A DNA stretch of 64,000 nt from Alphaproteobacteria bacterium (GTDB taxonomy: Bacteria > Pseudomonadota > Alphaproteobacteria > Micavibrionales > UBA2020). Where the stretch lies: the NCBI GenBank assembly GCA_046314385.1, contig JBKBWZ010000001.1, positions 7,955-71,954 of the forward strand. Reading direction: 5' to 3'. The translations under genes and the position numbers were made by a program. Of the stretch, positions 54,212 to 64,000 are shown in pieces (position 1 is the first letter of the stretch; each line of letters opens with the position of its first letter). The notes beneath the pieces were generated by a model. The model was given only the letters and a program-made list of their open reading frames with translations. It was not told the DNA's origin and made no database searches.

Positions 54212-54238
54212 GTCCCGCGTTATGCGGGGCTTTTTTTT
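54212..54238. terminator. bidirectional rho-independent terminator
   Basis: GTCCCGC-GTTAT-GCGGGGC (one G-U pair) is flanked by an A7 run upstream and a T8 run downstream. It lies between convergent genes. Confidence 0.75.
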
Positions 54239-54256
54239 ATGCTGTATTGACGGTGG

Positions 54257-55906
54257 TTACATACTCCCGTAATTCGGCCCGCCGCCGCCTTGGGGGGTGA
54301 CCCAGTTGATGTTTTGGGTCGGGTCTTTGATGTCGCAGGTTTTGCAGTGTACGCAGTTTTGCGCGTTGATCTGCAGACGCGGCTCGCCCGCCTCGTTATG
54401 CACAATCTCGTAAACACCGGCGGGGCAGTAACGCTGCGCGGGTTCATCGTATTCGGCAAGGTTGATGCGCACGGGCACGCTCGGGTCTTTCAGCTGCAAA
54501 TGGCAGGGCTGGTCTTCTTCGTGGTTGGTGTTGGAAATAAAAACCGATGACAGCTTGTCAAAGGTCAACACGCCATCGGGCTTGGGATAATCAATCTTCG
54601 GCGCGTCCTTGGCTTTTTTCAGCTGCGTATGATCGGCGTGGTTTTTCAGCGTCCACGGCGCGCGGCCGCGCAGGAATACCGTATCGATGGCGGAGTAGAG
54701 AAAGCCCGCGATAAAGCCCTTGTGAAAACTCGGGCGGATATTGCGCACGCGGTGCAGTTCCGTGTGCAGCCAGCTGTCCTTGAATTTTTGCGTATAGGAT
54801 GCGCACGCCGCGCCCTGCGCTGCGCCGGCGGCAAAGGTTTCGGCCAGCGCCTCGGCGGCCAGCATGCCGGATTTCATGGCGGTGTGATTGCCTTTGATTT
54901 TGGGTACATTCAGGAACCCTGCCGTGTCACCGACCAAAAGCCCGCCTGCAAAAGTCAGCTGGGGCAGCGATTGCAAACCGCCTTCGCTGAGTGCGCGCGC
55001 GCCATACGAAACACGCCGCCCGCCTTCAAGATATTTGCGCACGGCAGGGTGCAGTTTGAAACGCTGGAATTCATGAAACGGCGACAAATGCGGGTTTTGA
55101 TAGTCAAGGCCGATCACAAAACCGATCGACACCATATTGCCTTCCAGATGATACATCCACGACCCGCCATAGGTTTTGCTGTCCATCGGCCAGCCTGCCG
55201 TGTGCACGATCAGGCCTTTTTGGTGTTTGTCCGCAGGAATTTCCCACAGTTCTTTGATGCCGATGCCATAGGTTTGCGGGTCGCAATCCTTGCGCAGGTT
55301 GAATTTTTCAAACAGCGTTTTGGTCAGCGAACCGCGGCAGCCTTCGGCAAAAACCGTTTGCTGTGCATGCAGTTCAATGCCGGGCTGATAGGCGGCTGTG
55401 CGCTCCCCGTTTTTGCCAATGCCCATATCGCCGGTCGCCACGCCGCGCACCGCGCCGTTTGCGTCATAGAGCACTTCGGCGGCGGCAAAGCCCGGATAAA
55501 TTTCCACGCCCAGCGCCTGCGCCTGATCGGCCAGCCAGCGCGCAAAGACGCCAAGGCTGATGATGTAATTACCTTTGTTGTGCATCTGCGGCGGGGTCGG
55601 CAGGCGAAAGGCGCGCTTTTCGGTCAGGAACAGAAACTTGTCTTCACCGGCGGGCGTATCGAGCGGTGCGCCTTTTTCTTTCCAGTCGGGGATCAGCTCG
55701 TCAAGCGCGCGCGTCTCCAGAACCGCACCGGAGAGCAGATGCGCCCCGACCTCCGAGCCTTTCTCAAGGATACAGACCGACAAATCCGGCTGCAGCTGTT
55801 TAAGGCGGATCGCGCAGCTGAGCCCCGACGGCCCTGCACCGACAATCACAACGTCATAGGTCATGACATCGCGGGCGGGTGCTTCGGGGGTGTTCACATC
55901 GGTCAT
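54257..55906 (-). CDS. electron-transfer flavoprotein:ubiquinone oxidoreductase
   Basis: 549 aa. It has the FAD fold [12 protein letters not shown] and the C-terminal 4Fe-4S motif [12 protein letters not shown]. The end [12 protein letters not shown] is typical of ETF-QO. Confidence 0.93.
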   Translation of the reverse strand: MTDVNTPEAPARDVMTYDVVIVGAGPSGLSCAIRLKQLQPDLSVCILEKGSEVGAHLLSGAVLETRALDELIPDWKEKGAPLDTPAGEDKFLFLTEKRAFRLPTPPQMHNKGNYIISLGVFARWLADQAQALGVEIYPGFAAAEVLYDANGAVRGVATGDMGIGKNGERTAAYQPGIELHAQQTVFAEGCRGSLTKTLFEKFNLRKDCDPQTYGIGIKELWEIPADKHQKGLIVHTAGWPMDSKTYGGSWMYHLEGNMVSIGFVIGLDYQNPHLSPFHEFQRFKLHPAVRKYLEGGRRVSYGARALSEGGLQSLPQLTFAGGLLVGDTAGFLNVPKIKGNHTAMKSGMLAAEALAETFAAGAAQGAACASYTQKFKDSWLHTELHRVRNIRPSFHKGFIAGFLYSAIDTVFLRGRAPWTLKNHADHTQLKKAKDAPKIDYPKPDGVLTFDKLSSVFISNTNHEEDQPCHLQLKDPSVPVRINLAEYDEPAQRYCPAGVYEIVHNEAGEPRLQINAQNCVHCKTCDIKDPTQNINWVTPQGGGGPNYGSM

Positions 55907-55977
55907 GGCGTTCTCTTTATATTATTGTCGCTTTAGGGTATAACGGGTGAACAACATTATAGGTATATCCGCCGCCA

Positions 55978-56820
55978 ATGGAAGAAAACCTTTCCATTTC
56001 AGCCCTTTCGCCTTTTCAGCTGCTCCAGTTTTATGTGGATTGCGGCGTGGACGAGGTTATGGGTGACGAGACACTTGACCGCACGCTGATTCCGGAAAAA
56101 ATTTTGCCGATGGTCGCGCCAGCTGCAAAGGCATCGTCTGCGGCGCCGCTTGCGGCATCAGCCGCGGCGGCCCCTGCCGAGGGGGTTGCAGGCGCAATTG
56201 AATCGATGGAAGAGGCGCGCACGCTGGCTGCGGCCGCGCAGACGCTGGACGAACTGCGCGCGGCGATTGACAGTTTCAAGGGGCTTGGTATCAAACGTAC
56301 CGCAACCCAGATGGTTTTTGCCGACGGCAACTCGCAGGCGCGCGTGATGTTTGTCGGCGAAGCACCGGGCGCCGACGAGGACCGCATCGGCAGACCCTTT
56401 GTCGGTGTCAGCGGCCAGCTTCTCGACAAGATGCTCGCCAGCATCGGTCTCAGCCGTGAAGAAAACGCCTATATCAGCAACGTCATCAACTGGCGCCCGC
56501 CCGGCAACCGCGCGCCAGATGACTCCGAAATCGCCTTAAGCCTGCCGTTCATCCAGCGGCATATCGAACTGGTCAATCCCGCCGTGGTGGTCTTTGTCGG
56601 TGGTGTGTCGGCCAAGGCCTTGCTGGACACCACCCAAGGCATCACCCGTTTGCGTGGCAAATGGACGGATTTTGCGACATCTGGAATGGTTCAGCCGATT
56701 CCCGCGATCTGTATGTTCCATCCGGCCTATCTTTTACGCTCGCCTCAGCAAAAATCGCTGGCATGGGCTGATTTGTTGTCATTAAAAAACAAATTACGCG
56801 CGCTGGGCGTTATTTCCTGA
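55978..56820 (+). CDS. uracil-DNA glycosylase, family 4, with N-terminal extension
   Basis: [23 protein letters not shown] and the C-terminal HPAYLLR motif. Confidence 0.85.
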   Translation: MEENLSISALSPFQLLQFYVDCGVDEVMGDETLDRTLIPEKILPMVAPAAKASSAAPLAASAAAAPAEGVAGAIESMEEARTLAAAAQTLDELRAAIDSFKGLGIKRTATQMVFADGNSQARVMFVGEAPGADEDRIGRPFVGVSGQLLDKMLASIGLSREENAYISNVINWRPPGNRAPDDSEIALSLPFIQRHIELVNPAVVVFVGGVSAKALLDTTQGITRLRGKWTDFATSGMVQPIPAICMFHPAYLLRSPQQKSLAWADLLSLKNKLRALGVIS

Positions 56821-56839
56821 CTTTTTTCATACGTGGTGT

Positions 56840-56869
56840 TTGACAGTCGCCCGTCTTCGCCCCTAGCAT
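56840..56869 (+). promoter_or_regulatory. sigma70-like promoter candidate (TTGACA-N18-TAGCAT)
   Basis: It has a perfect -35 hexamer and a 4/6 -10 hexamer. It lies about 290 nt upstream of the next start codon (57164). Confidence 0.3.
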
Positions 56870-57163
56870 TGAAAACAGCAGAAAGCGCAAACATGAAAAC
56901 CGTACAAAACAACGTACATCTTCACCTCCTCTCCGTGGCCGCATGCCTGAATGGCGTGTCTGTGGCCTCCGCGCCCTGTATCATGCGACTTCATACCCTG
57001 TCCCAGCGACAGACCTGCGTGCGACGAATTTGTCATTGATCTGACACCCGCCGCACCAACGCTGCCTGAGCGCGATCAGGCCCCCAGAACCAGAAACGAA
57101 ACATGAATATAGGCCAGACTCCGCGTATGTATGCGGCTGGCCACAAACCGGGAGGAGAACCCC

Positions 57164-57391
57164 ATGTCCAAAGCCGCCGCTGCCATGCCCCTGAAAGCCC
57201 CCGCCGAATGGGAAGTCGACCAGATCAAGAAAATCGCCCGCCATATCTCCGGCCTTACCGTACAGTTTGACCGCCGCAAAGGGCAGCCGACCGCGCTGGA
57301 TATTCTGGGGCTTGAAAAGCTGACAGGCACGGGCTGGTCGGCACGTGTGAATATGCTGATCGAACAGGGCATCGCCTTGCTGGACGGCTGA
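57164..57391 (+). CDS. small hypothetical protein, possibly BrnA/RHH-antitoxin-like
   Basis: 75 aa with a strong GGGAGGAG RBS. The C-terminal LDILGLEKLTGTGWSARVNMLIEQ resembles the BrnA block D-V-L-x-W-F-K-x-x-G-x-G-Y-Q-T-R-I-N. The resemblance is weak and recalled from memory. Confidence 0.45.
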   Translation: MSKAAAAMPLKAPAEWEVDQIKKIARHISGLTVQFDRRKGQPTALDILGLEKLTGTGWSARVNMLIEQGIALLDG

Positions 57392-57626
57392 TACGTCGGT
57401 CACAGACACCTGAAATCCCCGCCGGCCAGAATCGCGGCGGGCGGGGATAAAGGGGTATTTAATTTACATAATAAATACAAACACGATACGCAAAAGCCCG
57501 AATAAGGTCTTGTTTTGGCGTTTTAATTTTCGATAATGCTGTAAAAGTTTGCCAAAGTGGCGGTTTCGCGCTACGACTCTGCTACCTTTGAACAACAGGG
57601 GCGTGTGTGTTTTGACAACGACCACG

Positions 57627-59615
57627 ATGCAAAAGCAGATCCGCGGGATTTTGGCCGTGGCGGCCTTGGTCTCCTGCATCGGCACGGCGATTGCGGCAAC
57701 CTCTATACCGCTGCCCGTCCGTAAGCCTGCACAGCAGGCCAGCCAGATACAGCCGCGTGATCCGATAAACGATATTCTTGCCAAGGATGTAATGTACCCG
57801 CGCCGCAAGCCGCAGGGGCAGATGCCGTCCGTGGCGGGCATGCCTGCGGCTGCCGCTTCGGCGGCGGCGGCTTCGGCTGTGCCGTCGCAGCGCCCATCCA
57901 TCTTCTCGCGCGTTTTCGGCCATATTTCGGCAGGCAAACGTCTGAACGACCATGATGCGGCACGCTATGCGCATATTTTTGCCTTTCAGGACACCGGCGA
58001 TTTTACCCGCGCCGATGCCGAAATTGCCAAACTCGACGATGACCGCCTGATCGGCCATGTCATGTACCAGCGCTATATGCACCCCAAATATACGGCGCGT
58101 TATGATGAACTTCTGGGCTGGCTCAAGCTTTACGCCGACCACCCCGGCGCGCAGAAAATCAGCGATCTTGCCGAACGCCGCAAACCGGCGGGGGCAGGTC
58201 CCGTGCCGCCATCGCGTTATGGCCGCGGCGTGATGGGCCAGCAGGATTACGATGTCGGCCAGCTGGCACAGCCCTATCTGGTGCAGCGCAACCATACGGG
58301 GCGTGCAAAAGAAATTATTTCTGTCATCCGCCGCAACCTGTCGGATTCGCCGAGCGCCGCCCTGCGCGTGCTTGAAACAGACGAGGCGCGGCGTCTTTTC
58401 TCGGCCGAAGAATATGACAGCCTGCGTGCCGATATTGCAGGGTCTTACTTTTTTAACGGCAAGACGCGCGAAGCCCACGACGTTGCGCGTGCCGCCGCGC
58501 AGCGTTCAAAACTGGATGTGCCGCAGGCGGGATGGATTGCAGGTTTGTCTGCGTGGAAACTGGGCAATTACGCCGATGCGGCCGGATTTTTCGAGCTGAC
58601 GGCCAATTCGTCCCGCTCTTCCGCCTGGATGAGCGCAGCGGGCGCCTATTGGGCGGCTCGGTCTTATCTGCGCAACCACCAGCCGAACAAAGTCGGCTAT
58701 TGGCTGCGCCGCAGCGCCGAATACCCGCGCACCTTCTATGGCATTATTTCGCTCAAGGCGCTGGGGATGGAGCAGGTCAAGTTCAGCTGGAAAGTGCCGT
58801 CTTTGACCGACCGCCATGTCAAGGCGCTGTCTGCCGTGCCCGCCGGACGCCGTGCACTGGCGCTGGTAGATGCCGAACGTTTTGATCTGGCCGAGCTGGA
58901 AATGCGCCAGATTAACCCCGGCCGTGATTTGCTGCTACAAGAGGCGATGATTGCCGTTGCGACCACCAAAGGCATGCCGCATCTGGCGATGCGCATGGGC
59001 AGCGCTTTCCGCGATGTAAAAGGCGAGCTTTATGACGCCGCACTCTATCCCGATGCGCCTTGGGTGCCGGAGCGCGGCTTTCATGTCGACAAGGCGCTGG
59101 TCTATGCGTTTATCCGTCAGGAATCAAAATTTGATCCGCAGGTGATCAACCGGTCGTCCGGCGCGCAAGGGCTGATGCAGCTGATGCCGGCCACGGCGCG
59201 GCATGTGGCAAACCAGCATGGCGAAAAACTGGAAGACGGCAAGCTGCGCGACCCGCAGATCAATATCGACCTTGGACAAAAATATCTGGCCGAGCTGTTG
59301 TCGCATAGTGCAGTTGACAACAACCTGTTCAAGCTGGCTGTGGCCTATAACGCCGGGCCGGGCAAGCTGAGCCGCTGGCAACGGAGCGTCCGCTACGAGG
59401 ATGACCCCCTGCTGTTTATCGAATCGATCCCCGCCGCCGAAACGCGTATTTTTGTCGAAAGGGTGCTGGCCAATTACTGGATTTACCGCATTAAATTAGG
59501 CCAGCGCACGACCTCTCTCGACAACGTGGTGGAGGGGGATTGGCCGGTTTACAACGGTCAGGACGGTGCGGGCAGACGCGCCCTGGCCGAATCCGGCTTT
59601 TTCTTGACGCGCTAG
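57627..59615 (+). CDS. soluble lytic murein transglycosylase (Slt70-like)
   Basis: A signal peptide follows ATG 57627 and the N-terminal domain is superhelical. The SLT catalytic block is RQESKFDPQVINRSSGAQGLMQLMPATA, followed by AYNAGPG. Confidence 0.85.
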   Translation: MQKQIRGILAVAALVSCIGTAIAATSIPLPVRKPAQQASQIQPRDPINDILAKDVMYPRRKPQGQMPSVAGMPAAAASAAAASAVPSQRPSIFSRVFGHISAGKRLNDHDAARYAHIFAFQDTGDFTRADAEIAKLDDDRLIGHVMYQRYMHPKYTARYDELLGWLKLYADHPGAQKISDLAERRKPAGAGPVPPSRYGRGVMGQQDYDVGQLAQPYLVQRNHTGRAKEIISVIRRNLSDSPSAALRVLETDEARRLFSAEEYDSLRADIAGSYFFNGKTREAHDVARAAAQRSKLDVPQAGWIAGLSAWKLGNYADAAGFFELTANSSRSSAWMSAAGAYWAARSYLRNHQPNKVGYWLRRSAEYPRTFYGIISLKALGMEQVKFSWKVPSLTDRHVKALSAVPAGRRALALVDAERFDLAELEMRQINPGRDLLLQEAMIAVATTKGMPHLAMRMGSAFRDVKGELYDAALYPDAPWVPERGFHVDKALVYAFIRQESKFDPQVINRSSGAQGLMQLMPATARHVANQHGEKLEDGKLRDPQINIDLGQKYLAELLSHSAVDNNLFKLAVAYNAGPGKLSRWQRSVRYEDDPLLFIESIPAAETRIFVERVLANYWIYRIKLGQRTTSLDNVVEGDWPVYNGQDGAGRRALAESGFFLTR

Positions 59616-59758
59616 GCGTGCGCCCTCTGGCGTAATCTGCCGCCATCCAGTATCATGTCAGGCCGGAAAAGGCGCGCGCTTTGCGGGCCTTCTCCGCGTT
59701 TATCCAACAGTTCATCGACCGTTCGCGCGTGCGGACGGAAACGGCAAAGAGGCATCAC

Positions 59759-62425
<2,667 letters not shown>

Positions 62426-62586
62426 GCACCGCTAACTGCCTGTAAATCAAGAGGCTTGCACGGGCTTGATTTATCTGTAAAAAGACCGTATAGAAAGCGC
62501 GACCGCCGGGCAAAGGGCTCTGCGGCCTGACGAACGCATGGGACGGCCATCTGGCTGCCCCGCCATTAAAACAAGAGGGAAATAAC

Positions 62587-63009
62587 ATGGCCAAGGAACG
62601 CACACTGTCGATCATCAAACCGGATGCGACGCGCCGCAACCTGACCGGTAAAATCAACGCGAAATTCGAAGAAAAAGGCCTGCGTATCATCGCGCAAAAA
62701 CGCCTGCACCTGACACCGGAACAAGCCGGCAAATTTTATGAAGTGCACAAAGAGCGCCCGTTCTACGGCGAGCTGGTCAGCTTCATGATCTCCGGCCCCG
62801 TGGTCGTGCAGGTTCTGGAAGGTGAAAACGCCGTTGCCGCCAACCGCGACATTATGGGCGCCACCAATCCGGCAAACGCCGATGCCGGTACCATCCGCAA
62901 AGAATTCGCTGAATCGATCGAAGCGAACTCGGTGCATGGCTCCGACAGCCTCGAAAACGCGAAAAAAGAAATCACATTCTTCTTCAGCGAAACCGAAATC
63001 GTCGGCTAA
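62587..63009 (+). CDS. ndk: nucleoside-diphosphate kinase
   Basis: 140 aa with [10 protein letters not shown] and the active-site [18 protein letters not shown] lies upstream. Confidence 0.97.
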   Translation: MAKERTLSIIKPDATRRNLTGKINAKFEEKGLRIIAQKRLHLTPEQAGKFYEVHKERPFYGELVSFMISGPVVVQVLEGENAVAANRDIMGATNPANADAGTIRKEFAESIEANSVHGSDSLENAKKEITFFFSETEIVG

Positions 63010-63030
63010 TCGCCACAGATTCCCGAAAAA

Positions 63031-63061
63031 CCCGCCGCGCATCTCGCCGGCGGGTTTTTTT
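63031..63061 (+). terminator. rho-independent terminator after ndk
   Basis: CCCGCCG-N10-CGGCGGG followed by a T7 run. Confidence 0.8.
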
Positions 63062-63158
63062 GTGCGCGGGTGTTCAAACCCAGGCAAAACAAACGCTTGG
63101 CGCTTAGTTTCCCGTGCCTGCGGCGCCCGTGATAAAATAAAAGAAGTATCTCCAGCGG

Positions 63159-63923
63159 ATGCGCCCCATGCAGCATAAACAGCGGCATATTATTTTCGAT
63201 CTCGACGGTACGATTTTCGATACCGAATACGAGGTATCGCGCATCACGGCCGAGCTCGCAGCCGACCGCGGCTGCGCCATGTCGCCCGAAGACGTCTTTC
63301 AGCGGTTTGCCGGTCTGGGCTGCGAAGATAAATTTGCCGCGATTGCGCATACGTCGGGCATGTGCTTTACCGCGGCTGAAATCACCGATCTGACGCTGGC
63401 GCATGAAGACCGCAAACAGCAAATTTATTACGGCGAACGACTGCCGGTTGTGCCGGGCGTGCCCGAAGTTTTACAGGCGCTGTCCGCGGCGGGAGATATT
63501 CTCAGTATCGGGTCCAGCAATCCGACGGGGCGTTCTCGGCTCGGGCTGGAAAAAGAAGGGTTGATTGATCATTTCGGATCGCGCCTTTACGGCCCGGATT
63601 TGGTAGACGGGCGTAAAAAGCCGGACCCTGCCATCTTTCTTTATGCGATGCGTGCGAACGGGTCATCGACGCAAAATACAATTGTTATCGAAGACACCGA
63701 GCCCGGAATTGTCGCGGGCCGAACGGCAGGTGCTTTCGTCATCGCCTATCTTGATCCGCGTTTCGGCGCAGGCATGGCGGCGCTGGAAAAAGAAAAATCC
63801 ATGCGTCTTGCCGGTGCGGATGCGGTGGTGCGTGATTTCCGTGATGTGCTGGGTTTTATTCCGTCCTGCGCGCCCCTGCCGCTCACGGGTACTGTTTTGC
63901 GCAGCGCGCACGCCAAGCCCTGA
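63159..63923 (+). CDS. HAD-superfamily hydrolase
   Basis: Motif I is IIFDLDGTIFDTE, motif II is GSSNP and motif IV is IEDTEPG. Confidence 0.8.
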   Translation: MRPMQHKQRHIIFDLDGTIFDTEYEVSRITAELAADRGCAMSPEDVFQRFAGLGCEDKFAAIAHTSGMCFTAAEITDLTLAHEDRKQQIYYGERLPVVPGVPEVLQALSAAGDILSIGSSNPTGRSRLGLEKEGLIDHFGSRLYGPDLVDGRKKPDPAIFLYAMRANGSSTQNTIVIEDTEPGIVAGRTAGAFVIAYLDPRFGAGMAALEKEKSMRLAGADAVVRDFRDVLGFIPSCAPLPLTGTVLRSAHAKP

Positions 63924-63925
63924 TT

Positions 63926-64000
63926 TTATTCCTGCATAAAAGCATCAAGTTGCAAGCGCGTATCCTGATAAATGGGGCGCAGCTTTGCGACGATATCGGC
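63926..64000 (-). CDS. possible 3' end of a minus-strand CDS running off the window
   Basis: A stop codon complement lies at 63926-63928. The frame is open to the window edge (...ADIVAKLRPIYQDTRLQLDAFMQE*). It is too short to identify. Confidence 0.25.
   Translation of the reverse strand, partial: ADIVAKLRPIYQDTRLQLDAFMQE

Overview
This looks like a chromosomal segment of a moderately GC-rich proteobacterium. Gene content, TPR-ispE synteny and a GTTC-N7-type SOS-like box hint at an alphaproteobacterium, but that is inference. I support about 58 protein-coding genes and one tRNA-Gln(UUG). I saw no rRNA, CRISPR array, IS element, integrase or prophage genes. Housekeeping anchors are metH, alaS, ndk, ispE, ETF-ubiquinone oxidoreductase, family-4 uracil-DNA glycosylase, an Slt-type lytic transglycosylase, L-lactate dehydrogenase, an MscS-type channel and a DAACS symporter. 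Six regions deserve a second look. (1) A five-gene, translationally coupled minus-strand operon at 242-5148 (alpha/beta hydrolase, KAS III-like condensing enzyme, heme-oxygenase-like diiron protein, unknown 304-aa protein, cytochrome P450) looks like an unassigned small-molecule biosynthetic cluster. (2) A signal-transduction island at 15.8-25.3 kb holds a MASE1-CHASE-PAS kinase with two receiver proteins, a 593-aa ankyrin-repeat protein, and a CheY / CheX-like / FIST / Hpt-HATPase kinase operon with no MCP or CheW. (3) A symporter / beta-CASP MBL / membrane Nudix-like operon lies at 7.0-11.2 kb. (4) A cell-envelope module at 30.7-37.8 kb contains a giant PBP1-like protein, an HI0933-type flavoprotein and an 850-aa membrane protein with a peptidoglycan-binding domain. 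(5) An ABC ATPase / His-rich FtsX-type permease / DUF3299 operon is preceded by a near-consensus Zur-box palindrome. (6) Two paralogous alpha/beta hydrolases lie 23 kb apart. All functional calls rest on motifs read from the translated ORFs. No database search was possible.
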